Positions 38,485 through 49,843 of a stretch of 64,000 nt of DNA are shown here, in pieces. Where the stretch lies: NCBI GenBank assembly GCA_043228905.1, contig JBHGNT010000003.1, positions 6,448,001 through 6,512,000 on the forward strand. The letters are read 5' to 3'. Position numbers and translations under genes: made by a program. This DNA is from Azolla caroliniana (Eukaryota; Plantae; Polypodiophyta). Under the pieces are notes generated by a model. It saw only the letters and a list, made by a program, of their open reading frames with translations, made no database searches and had not been told where the DNA came from. Each line of letters starts with the position of its first letter. Within the stretch, counting starts at the first letter, position 1.

Positions 38485-40015
38485 AAACGAAGACTTTATC
38501 CAAAGAAATCACTATCATCAGAACCTAGTAAATGTGATGCCTCAGTGAAAAGGCTAAGATCTGCAATTTTAGTGAAAGAGGAGGAAGTTCTTGAATTAAG
38601 AGAAGAGGGTACATATCTAAGTAGACTTGCTGCAAGGACGATTCGGAAAGGTTTGCATTGTTTATCTTTGCAATTAACTATCCAATACTACAATCATCTC
38701 CGAAAAGAGACACATTCTACAAATAGAACCATATTGGAAGATGATAGGCTTTACCACTACATAATTTATTCAGAGAATGTTCTTGCTGCAGCAGTAGTAG
38801 TTAATTCTACCACTACCAATGCGAAGGTCACACCTATTCTTATTGCTTTTGCAATGGTTAATATTTCCAGGAGAAAACTCTGAATTACCCTGGTTTTTCT
38901 TTATTTCCCTGAATGCCCCTGAAGTTTCTATTAGTTCCCAATATACACTAGGTCAAACCCCTGTCTACAATTATGTAGTCAATTCACTCCATTTTCTCTC
39001 TTTTGGAGTTTGACCAGGAGTATGTGGGGAAAAATGGAAACTTACAAATAATTCAGATTGTTTTCCATATTTTTATTAACATTGATTGTTGGGTTAACCT
39101 AATATTCGTGCATTTTCATGGTTCCACATTGTTTTTCTATGCTACAGGAACCTCGCAGACTTGTTTTCCATATACTAACAGATAGCCTCAACTATGCTGC
39201 GATGCAAATGTGGTTCTGGGCCTATTCACCCGACAAAGCCACCGTGGAAGTAAAAAATTTGGACAATATTAGTGTGTCACACATTTTTGAGAAACCAAAT
39301 GAGCAAGCTAGGAGGAAGCAATTGCAACTTGATCCATTGCAGACTTCTGTTATGAAAATGGAAAAAGAAAACTTGGAAAAGCCACGAATACTAGACTACT
39401 TGCCTCGGGTCTTTCCCAAATTGGATAGAGTATTTCTTCTAGATGATGACATAGTTATTTTGAAAGACTTGTCCCCACTTTGGCAGCTGAAAATTGGTAA
39501 CAACATGATTATTGCTAGTAATTCATGTAAAGCAAGCCAAGATGATGGAGTTTGGTGGTCATGTGTAAACTTGGTCAATTTACGGAAATGGAGAACTCAA
39601 AGTCTCACAAAGATCAACCAATTTCCAGTGAGTCCATTCTCTGTCTGAGTTTGTATGTGCTTTAATTTTGCATGTGCATCTTTCTTTTTGAGTATATTGG
39701 AACTGTTGTTCTGCTTTGTATGATAACTAAGGTGGGAATTCCGTTATTTGGTTGTAGATTGATAGTAGCAATTTGAATCATCTCGAACGAGAGAAGAGTA
39801 ACATTGACTATGTGCTTCTTGATAATACGATCCATATATTCAATGTTGATGGAATGGAGGAGGTTCAAAATGATGTCAGGGATGCTGAAGTGGTTCATTA
39901 TGGAGGGTATGCAAAACCATGGCTAGAGCTCGGTATGGGGAGGTATAAATCATTCTGGACACGTTTCGTCAATTTCGACAATCCAATCTTACAAGAATGC
40001 AATGTTCACAAGTGA
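38485..40015 (+). CDS. Galacturonosyltransferase-like (GAUT, GT8), 3' exons 38485-38826, 39148-39627, 39758-40015
   Basis: LAARTIRKGLHCLSLQLTIQYY, NVLAAAVVVNST, LVFHILTD, YLPRVFPKLDRVFLLDDDIVI.KDLSPLW, VVHYGGYAKPWLELG; in-frame GT-AG joins. Confidence 0.88.
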
Positions 40016-41130
40016 AGAGATACATCGATGAATCTAATACCAACAATTTTTTTCCAAGGATATAAGCTAAATGAGGTTCTCATGCAGATGAAGGTATATG
40101 CTTGTTTTAGCACCATGAATGAAAGATAGTTCCATTCTGGATTAGTTCTCATTATAGGAACACAGGTGGGATGATCTCAAACTTATGAAACAGGCATCGG
40201 ATGCTGTAAATTATTTAATGATGTAAACAAGAGCAAATGAACAGTCTTAATGGCCAACACAACACTTCATGATTAACTTTGGTGTAGCTGATATACCACA
40301 TTTATTGTAGCTTTGAGATAAATTGTACTAGTAGCAAAAATAAATAAATTTGTTATTATTTATTTTCGTGGTTGTGCCTAAAGGATACTAATTACCCAAA
40401 ATGGATTCACATTGATTTGGTTGTGTCGATTGAATGGCTTCCAATGCATTCTATCAAAAGAGAGATTTGTCCCCCGCCCAGTCTTGTAATTTTTTTTCTT
40501 TGTTTGCATGGGTCATTTTGGCCTTTCAAAGACGTTAGTATATCATTTTATCTTGTCGTAAATTCATTTAATTTTTCTTGCTGCATTATTAGGGGTTTGT
40601 TTTTGCTACGATTTTAAGGGTTCATGTTTGTTGTGTTTTTTGGGTTTCATTCTTGTGACGCAATGAAGTTTTGCTCTTGCAACATATTTAGGGTGTCTTT
40701 ATTGTTTTGTTTTAGGATTTGTATGTCCTACATTTTGGGTTTTCTTCCAATGCATTTTAGGGTTTGGTATCTCCCTCTAACTACTACTCATCCAATTGGA
40801 TCTCACTAAGAAACACTTAATGAACACATGACAATCCTCAAGACGATGGATGAAACCTCAAAAAAACATAGTTTTGATTTAGGATCATAGAAGAAGAATG
40901 TAGATGCACACCTATTAACACCTTACAACTTTGAAACTTTGTCATAAGAAAAGACAATAAAAACCTTTGACTTCAATGCGAAACCATGAAAGCCAACTTA
41001 ACTCTAAACTTAAGAACATAAAAGTTGAGTTGAAAAAAGAGTGGGCCAAAGTCTGTCGTAGACGAGGAGCCTAGCTAAGTAAGGTGAATCAATGTTGAAC
41101 TAAAAGAAAGATTGGGTCAAAATAGTCAGT

Positions 41131-41241
41131 AGTGTCTCGCTATCACAAGTTCCAAGAATCGAGCAAAATAATATGGAGAATTTCCAGTGTCTCGCTATCA
41201 CAAGTTCCAAGAATCAAGCAAAATAATATGGAGAATTTCCA
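41131..41241. repeat. Tandem duplication, 55-bp period
   Basis: AGTGTCTCGCTATCACAAGTTCCAAGAATC...GGAGAATTTCCA occurs twice. Confidence 0.9.
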
Positions 41242-42366
41242 CCTCTCGCTCTCTTATATGTATATATGTATGTATGTATGTATTATATGATTTCTTCTTA
41301 AGTGCTATTTAATGGCTTATCTATTTCAATGCATTGATCACACATATTATTGTATAACTACAATATAACGTTCTCAAAACTTGGAAAATCACATGATGAC
41401 AAATCAAACACACCTTATAAACACTTTTTTTATATGCATTTCTTTAGATATGCCACATGGTTAAAATTTGCATAGAAGGAAGAAATTAAAGCAAAAGAAT
41501 TTTGATGGGTCGAAATAGAGAAAATCAAACACACCTTATGCATTAGTACAATCAAAGAAGATCGGATGAGTATTGAGAAACAATTCAATGTGTGAGTCAT
41601 GAAGGCGTTTCTGAGTCACTAGATGCCAACTCCAAGCTAGGACACTCTATACTAAGCTTGGATATGAGCAAGAAAGAAACAACTCCATATCGCCAAATCC
41701 TTGAGAGCGGAAAACCCCGCCATCAAACCTCTAAGCACTAACGATGTCCAAATGAAGTAGAAAGAATTGCCTTCTATAGAAAGTGAGGCATGTTGTCAAG
41801 TTTGGATGGGCCCCTATCTTCATTGATGAAGACTTAACAAAGATGCAAATCAAACACATAAAACAGTATATGCCACAAATCATACGATCACACAAAGCAA
41901 TAAGGCTATTTACCATGATTTTGCATTAGTATCGATGTCTAGGCCATCAAGTAGGATTTCATTGACATGGACATCAAGTACAGAATACAATGTAGACAAA
42001 AGACAACAAATGGAGTCAAGATTACAAACAAGAGGAGTTAGGCTGGCAACTTCATGCATGCTTGTATAAACATTATTATAGAGGTAACCCATTGTTGGTG
42101 TTGATATTATTGAGAATTTATATGTTCAAACCTAAATATTTAATGGTACTATTGGCATGAAATGCATATATCCTAAAGGGACTTGAAAGTAATATATAAT
42201 TATCTATTGTCTAAATTGTAAATTTATTGTAATTGCACAATTTTAGATTATAATTTTATTTTTACAAATGACACAAAGTATGCAATTTATCTATGTTTGA
42301 AGTATTTAACAAATGCAAAAAAGCATATGTAAAATATTGTTCATTTGGGAGGTACTTGACCCGTAT

Positions 42367-43040
42367 TGTTGAAAAAACAGTGCTCGGCCACAACCGAGGA
42401 ACAGGATCGATTCACAGACAACGGGAAATACAAGAATGCACGAAAAACAATAGAGAGAAGGGTACACTGGATGTTTTACGTGGAAAACCCTAAATGGGAA
42501 AAACCACGGGAGTGCAAGACTCCAACTATCACTATACGCGGGGAATGTACAATGGCGAGCTGCAAGGCGACGACCTTGAGCTCGCTGTCCTCGCCACAGG
42601 CGGCGGTATTACACAGAGGCGTCGACCTCTTCCTTCCTCTTCCGCTCTCACTCTCTCTCGGCTGCTCTCACTTCGCTTCCTCTCAGTGGAAACAAGAAAA
42701 TAAGCAGCAACAACCAAAACTGTTTGCCCTAAGTCATATTTATACACATATGACTTTCGGGCTATTTACAAATATAGCCTCAAGGGCCCTTGGCAAACAT
42801 ATTCACAGATATGTCCCCACATCCGGATCTCTCTCCGGGTACATACGTCATCCGGCTCCGTAACCGGGGTCTTCATCATCCGGCTCCGTAACCGGGGTCT
42901 ACAGCATCCGGCTCCGTAACCGGGTACTCTTCATCCGGCTTCATGCCGGGTACTCTTCATCCTACGGTTCCGTAACAGCCTCCGGGCTTGCCGTCATTCA
43001 TCTCCGGACATCCCATCCGGAGGGACCGAAAATCCCAACA
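42367..43040 (-). repeat. 3' LTR of the copia element
   Basis: Matches 47112-47785; adjacent to the PPT GTGAAGGGGGAGTT (minus strand, 43054-43041). Confidence 0.98.
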
Positions 43041-43050
43041 AACTCCCCCT

Positions 43051-46000
43051 TCACTTCGGCATGGGATGTCTCTCCAATCCGATCCTCTTCCGGCATGCTT
43101 CCAGCTTGTCGGGTGTAAGTACCTTGGTCAGCATATCCGACCCGTTCTCGTCCGTGTGGATCTTCGTCAGCACGAACTCCTTGTCTTCTATCCATGTGAT
43201 AGGCCGCATTCTTCGCAAGGTGGATGGCACTCTGACTGTCGCAGTAGAGTCGGTACTCCTCCTGCCGGATACCGAGCTCTCTAGTGAAGTCCTTCATCCA
43301 TATTATTTCCTTGCCGGCTTCAACGGCCGCCATGTACTCCGCCTCCGTGGTTGACAACGCAACCGTCTTCTGCAGCCTCGACTGCCACGAAACAGCTCCC
43401 CCTGCACACGTCATCACATACCCTGATGTGGACCGGCTGGTATCTGCATCAGCCGACATATCCGAATCGGTAAAGCCGTCCAGTTCGGGCTTACCGGAGC
43501 CGAATCGGAGGCACACGTTTGCCGTGCCCTTCAGGTATCGGAGTATCCACTTGACCGCGTTCCAGTGCTCTTTGCCGAGATTACTCATATACCGGCTCAC
43601 CACTCCGACTGCGTATCCAATGTCCGGTCTTGTACACACCATTGCGTACATCAAGCTTCCGACGGCAGAGGCATATGGTACTTTCATCATGTCCTCCTTC
43701 TCAGCCTTTGTCTTGGGGCTTTGCTTGCTGGACAACTTGCAGTTTGCCGGGAGGGTTGACCCGACCGGTCTTGCTTCCGACATGTTGAACCGATGAAGCA
43801 CCTTTGTCACGTACTTCTCCTGTGACAGCCACAACTGCTTCTTCTTCCGGTCCCGAATGATGTGCATCCCTAGTATTTGCCTCGCCGGACCCAGGTCCTT
43901 CATTGAGAAGGTTCGGTGAAGCGCTTTCTTCAGTGTCCGTATCTTGACCTGGTCCCGTCCGACGATCAACATGTCGTCCACGTACAGGAGGAGTATTAGG
44001 GAGTCTCCTCCTTCGAACTTCTTCACAAACACGCAGTGATCAGACTGCGTTTTGTGGTACCCTTCGTCGGTCATGAAGGAGTCGAACTTGCGGTACCATT
44101 GCCGGGGAGCCTGCTTCAGTCCGTAAAGGCTCTTCTTCAACCAGCATACCAGGTGCTCCTTCCCTTTCTTCTCGAATCCTTCCGGTTGCTGCATGTAGAT
44201 CTCTTCTTCGAGGTCACCGTGAAGGAATGCCGTCTTCACGTCCATCTGTTCTACCTCGAGGTCCATGCTTGCCGCTATGCTCAGCACCGTCCGGATGGAG
44301 GTCATCTTCACTACCGGGGCAAATATCTCGTCGAAGTCGACGCCCTTCTTCTGCTGAAACCCCTTCACCACGATCCTGGCTTTGTATCTCGGGGGGTTTC
44401 CGGCATCTCCCGGTTTCAGCTTGAACACCCACTTGTTTCGAAGTGCCCGCATTCCTTTCGGCAACTCCACCAGTTCATATGTGTGGTTCTCATGCAGGGA
44501 ATCCATCTCCTCCTGCATGGCACTTAACCACCTGCGGCTATGGGTGTCAAGCTTTGCTTCTTCAAAACTCTCCGGCTCCCCTTCGTCGGTTAGCAGCACG
44601 TGCTCTGGTTCCGGAAATCTCCGGGGGGCCCTTCTCTCTCTTAGAGGATATCTCCGTTCCGGAGCTTCGGTAACCGGTTCTTCCGATTCTTCTCCATCCG
44701 AATCCATTTCGGGATCGGGGCCGGTTCCGGTATCATTTTCATCTTCTTCGGCCGGTTCTGTTTCTTCACCGTCTTCGGCCGGATCCTCGAGTGCTAACCG
44801 GTCCCTTGCCGGTCGGGACTGCTCCTCGTAGAGTTGATCCTCACCGGTCGACTTGGAGCTCTTCATCTTCTTCTCCGACTCCCAGTCGGCAAGTGTCTTG
44901 TTCTCCATGAAGATGATATCACGACTCCGGAATATCTTCTTGTCGACCGGGTCCCATACTCGGTAGCCAAACTCGTCGTCGCCGTAACCGAGGAATATGC
45001 ATGGCCGGGTCTTTGGATCTAGCTTTCCTCTCCGGTCCTTTGCCACATGCACGTATGCGAGACACCCGAACACCTTCAGATGCCGGTAGGATACTTCCCT
45101 ACCGGTCCACACTTTCTGCGGCGTGTCTCCGTCCAAAGGTACTGAGGGTGATCTGTTTATCACGTATGTCGCCGTTGACATTGCCTCAGCCCAAAACCCC
45201 TTGGGTAATTCCGCATGCGCCAGCATACTCCGGACCCTCTCCATTATGGTCCGGTTCATCCTCTCGGCCAGCCCGTTCAGTTCCGGCGTCTTCGGCACAG
45301 TAAACTCGAGCCGGATTCCCTTCGAGCGACAGTACTCCTGGAACTGCCCCCGGTATTCCCCTCCGTTATCCGCTCGTATCGCTTTCAGCTTCTTGCCGGA
45401 TTCCCTTTCCACTCTCGCGTGAAGTTCTTTGAAGACGCACAACACTTGGTCCTTTGTCTTCAACGGTGCCGTCCACAGCTTCCGGCTGTGGTCATCAATG
45501 AATGTCACGAAGTACTGGGCTCCGCCATGGGACTTCGTTTCTACTTGACACACGTCAGTGTGCACCAACTCCAATGGTGCGCTACGTCTCGTCGGTGGCC
45601 TTGAGTGGAAGGAGGTCCGGTTTTGCTTACCGGCCAGACAGTCGGTGCACTTCTCCAGGTGCACATGCTTCATTGGAATAAGGTTGTCTTCTGCAAGCCT
45701 CTTCATCCCCTTCTCACTCATGTGGCACAGTCTCTTGTGCCACAGCTCACCGACAGTGTCGGCTGCCACGTTCAACTCTTCCGGACACAACCAGGCATTC
45801 ATAAGGTACAGTGTGTTGACTTTCCGGGCCCGAGCCACTATCAGGCTCCCCTTGCTGAACTTCATTACGCCGTTCCGGATGCTACCTGTGTAGCCTTCAT
45901 CGTCTAGCCTCCCGGCCGAAATCAGGTTCAATCGAACCTCCGGAACGTGTCGGACATCCTTCAGCAGCATTTTGCATCCGGTCGGGGTTGTCAACCACAC

Positions 46001-47080
46001 GTCTCCTATGCCGGCAATCCGGCACGTACCTTCATTTCCCATCCGAACACAGCCAAGCTCACCGGCTGTGTAGGATGAGAAGTATCTTCTTTCCGGAGTC
46101 AGGTGGAACGACGCTCCGGAATCGACCACCCAGGTAGTCTCATCGCCGGCAATGTTTAGTTCACCTTCTTCGGTGATGAGCATGATCTCCTCTTCACTTG
46201 CCGCGAGTGCCGTCGTTCCTTTCCGGTCCTGCCCTCGCCGATCCGAACCTCTCCGGTCCGTGGCTCCCCGGTATGCACCGTTTCTCTCCGGTGACTTCTT
46301 CGAATCGGTGTCGCCGTCTCCGTTGTCCTTTCGGTAATGCCGACAATTCTTCCGGAAGTGCCCCGGCTTCCCACAGTGGAAGCATGTGGGCCTTCCTCTT
46401 GACTGCGACCGGGTCCCCGACTTCTCCCGTCTTTGCGGACTCCGGTTCCATTGTCTTCCCCGATCCGATTCGGTAAGCAGCATCTTCGGATCGGAGGCCG
46501 GTTCTTTATCTCTCCGACGCGCTTCTTCGTTCAAAATACTTGTCTTTACCGTTTGTAGGGACAAGTTTTCTTCGGTGCAGGAGGTGCTGAGAGTCACCAC
46601 CAAGTTCTCCCAGCTTTCCGGCAATGTACACATCAGGATGATGGCTTGCATTGCATCCTCCAACGGGAACTTGATCGCCGCAAGCTGGTTCACGAATCCC
46701 ATGAACGTGCTTACGTGTTCCACCATACTCTCGCCGTCCCGGTACTTGAGGTTCACTATCTTCCTCATCAGGGAGGTCCGGTTCAATGCATTCTTCCTCT
46801 CGTAGAGGCCCGACAGCTTCCGCCACATCTCATAGGCGTTCGTATCGTTCGCGACATGTTGCAGAACACTTACATCGACATATTGCTGAATCGTGGCTAC
46901 GGCTTTCCGGTTCAGGAGCTTCCACTCCGACTCTATTACCCCCTTGGGTATCTCAGCATTGTCGATCGGTTCGTACAGGTCTCGAACGATGAGAAGGTCT
47001 TCCATCTTTATCTTCCAGTCGGCGTAGTTCTGTGAGTTCAACACTATCATGCCCGGAGACCCACTACCGCCGCCTTCCAT
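43051..47080 (-). CDS. Copia gag-pol polyprotein with a frameshifting deletion in RNase H near 43195
   Basis: CFHCGKPGHFRKNC knuckle, WVVDSGAS protease, LWHKRLCH...CTDC, VHTDV / RADNGGEY / NGLAERMN integrase, YVDDML RT, EAEY RNase H; the terminal KIHTDENGSDMLTK is in another frame and ends at 43051. Confidence 0.95.
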
Positions 47081-47096
47081 CTTCTGTGTTAACCTG

Positions 47097-47108
47097 GCTC
47101 TGATACCA
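47097..47108 (-). other. Primer binding site complementary to the initiator Met tRNA 3' end
   Basis: TGGTATCAGAGC on the minus strand, 3 nt from the 5' LTR. Confidence 0.95.
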
Positions 47109-47111
47109 CTT

Positions 47112-47785
47112 TGTTGAAAAAACAGTGCTCGGCCACAACCGAGGAACAGGATCGATTCACAGACAACGGGAAATACAAGAATGCACGAAAAACAATAGAG
47201 AGAAGGGTACACTGGATGTTTTACGTGGAAAACCCTAAATGGGAAAAACCACGGGAGTGCAAGACTCCAACTATCACTATACGCGGGGAATGTACAATGG
47301 CGAGCTGCAAGGCGACGACCTTGAGCTCGCTGTCCTCGCCACAGGCGGCGGTATTACACAGAGGCGTCGACCTCTTCCTTCCTCTTCCGCTCTCACTCTC
47401 TCTCGGCTGCTCTCACTTCGCTTCCTCTCAGTGGAAACAAGAAAATAAGCAGCAACAACCAAAACTGTTTGCCCTAAGTCATATTTATACACATATGACT
47501 TTCGGGCTATTTACAAATATAGCCTCAAGGGCCCTTGGCAAACATATTCACAGATATGTCCCCGCATCCGGATCTCTCTCCGGGTACATACGTCATCCGG
47601 CTCCGTAACCGGGGTCTTCATCATCCGGCTCCGTAACCGGGGTCTACAGCATCCGGCTCCGTAACCGGGTACTCTTCATCCGGCTTCATGCCGGGTACTC
47701 TTCATCCTACGGTTCCGTAACAGCCTCCGGGCTTGCCGTCATTCATCTCCGGACATCCCATCCGGAGGGACCGAAAATCCCAACA
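47112..47785 (-). repeat. 5' LTR of the copia element
   Basis: One difference from the other LTR seen by eye (47564 G vs 42819 A). Confidence 0.98.
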
Positions 47786-49843
47786 CGTATTAGGACGTTA
47801 ATTATGCATTATACTTGTATTAAACTTAACATGACCCCAACCCACTAAGGGGCCCCTCACCCTCACCAATTAGTGGAGAAGGTTGACCCTTTTTGGCCAA
47901 GGCTTGCTCAAGGTTCAATAAGTATAACATATCAATGTATATATTAGTACAAGAGATGTAAAGGAATTGCATGTTGCAATGACTTCTTCTATAGGTTCCC
48001 AAGACAATTTGCATTGTGGTAAAATAGAAACTTTGTCATAGTTTCATTCCACCTCACCAACCATCACTGGATATGATGTCCAATTACCATTACTCAACCC
48101 ATACATATTAGTTATGCATATCATGCTTGTAATACCATAGAAGAAGTCACTACATGTGTCGAGATCACGATTGCTTTAGGAAACCTAGAGCTTTTACTTT
48201 TGTTTTAGAATGAATAAAATCTATTCATCCATGTGTAATTGTGATTTGTCTCATAGGCCAAATTTGGTCTTTAGTATATATATGTATATATATATATATC
48301 TCCATGGAACTCAAGTTTGAACCTCTGCATGGGCTCGACCCATCCCATAGATCACAATTGGTCCCCCATAAACATTAAAGAGATATTTATCAATCTCTTA
48401 ACATAACTTCTTTATTCTTCTTGTAATAAAAAATTGTATTACATCTTACTTCTTTGGTCTCCTGGGTAATTTTGACATTTTGAAGCTTAACACTAACTTT
48501 TTACTCTATCTCTCTCTTTCTCTCTTAAGAGCGTCATGCATATTGTAGAAGCCAAAACAACACATGAAACTAGGAATTGCCTATTGCATTACTTTGAACA
48601 TAGCCTTAATCAAGAAATATTGGAGCTCAAACGTGTTGAAGTTATTTGTGGATAACATAAATGGAAGTACTCCCCATCTATATTGAGCTATTCTTGGCCA
48701 TTCATTTTGATTTTAAATCATTTGAGGCAGCAAAGGGTAGTAATCATTTGACATGAACAAAGCGTAATATCCAAATAATATAAGGATGAAGAACTAGATG
48801 TCTTCATTGATATACATAAAAAAGGAGTTCTGTCTTGGTTGAGGTAGTTGAAAAGCTTGCACCTAGGACAATTCAATGTCATGAATGCATATATAATAAT
48901 AACTCCATTCGTAGACTTAAAGGTCCATCAAAGGAGAGTTCTCACTTTACAATAAGTGATCTTAAAAAACTCAAAACCCAAATCTTCTCAAAAGGATTTG
49001 TAAGACATTTCATTTATTGAAACATTTTATCTTTGGTAGAAAGATAATTTAAGTCATAGAAATATTTTGCTGATATATCACGTTATTAGCATCCTTGATT
49101 AAACACAAAGGAATAGTTCAAAGCTACAGCCTACAAGTATGCCAATGATTCTTATTCAAATGTGTTTATGGGCCCCTCAGTGGTCAAATGAACTTGTGAC
49201 AAACAAAAAGTTGTGCAAATTATTTTATTTATGAAATTTCCTACATGTAATAAGAACGGGCCCTTTGAGACTTACATGATATCCACAAAGATGTCTACAT
49301 ACAATCTCCCATATAATACAGAATGCTTAATCCACAAATGATGCATCTAAGATATACAAAGCATAAATACACTAAGTGTGCTACACAAAGTCACAAGCAT
49401 AAGTTCACATATACACATGAATTCACGATATATAAGTAAATTGTGGGCATAAGATAAGATTTTCATATTAATCTAGCCTTCAAATAGGCAATCTCATAAT
49501 GTCAATACGAAATCATTTTGATCTCTCCATAGGCTACAAATGCCTTGCAAATATTGGGGAAGGAAAGGTTCAAAGTGGGAAACTAGGCTTAGACTAGATC
49601 ACACTTGTTGATACCGTGTATAAGGCATTTGGAAATAACCATTCTTGCTATATAATTAAGTACATTAAAACAATTACTCACACATCCTGAAGGGTTCTCT
49701 TCCAGGAAACAGTTGTATTTGCACATGACTGCTGAACCAAGTCATGGCATGAATATGTTGTTAAACAGCTCAAGCTAGACTTCAGAATGCTAGGATAAAA
49801 AAAGCATGCATGTAAGCAACTGGCCAAGCGTTCACATTTTTGT

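Larger units (their letters stand above)
42367..47785 (-). mobile_element. Full-length Ty1/copia LTR retrotransposon (Tnt1-like)
   Basis: 674-bp TG...CA LTRs at 42367-43040 and 47112-47785; 5-bp TSD CGTAT (42362-42366, 47786-47790); PBS and PPT present; gag-PR-IN-RT-RH order. Confidence 0.99.

Noticed and set aside
41731-42092. Possible Ulp1-like protease relic (CGIYC)
   Set aside because: A single short motif is insufficient evidence.
42366-42863. 165-aa ORF repeated at 47111-47608
   Set aside because: It is the antisense reading of the two LTRs, has a non-ATG start and no recognisable motif.
42998-47212. 1404-aa ORF taken as an intact polyprotein
   Set aside because: It starts in the LTR at a non-ATG codon and its last ~65 aa are out of frame after the RNase H deletion.
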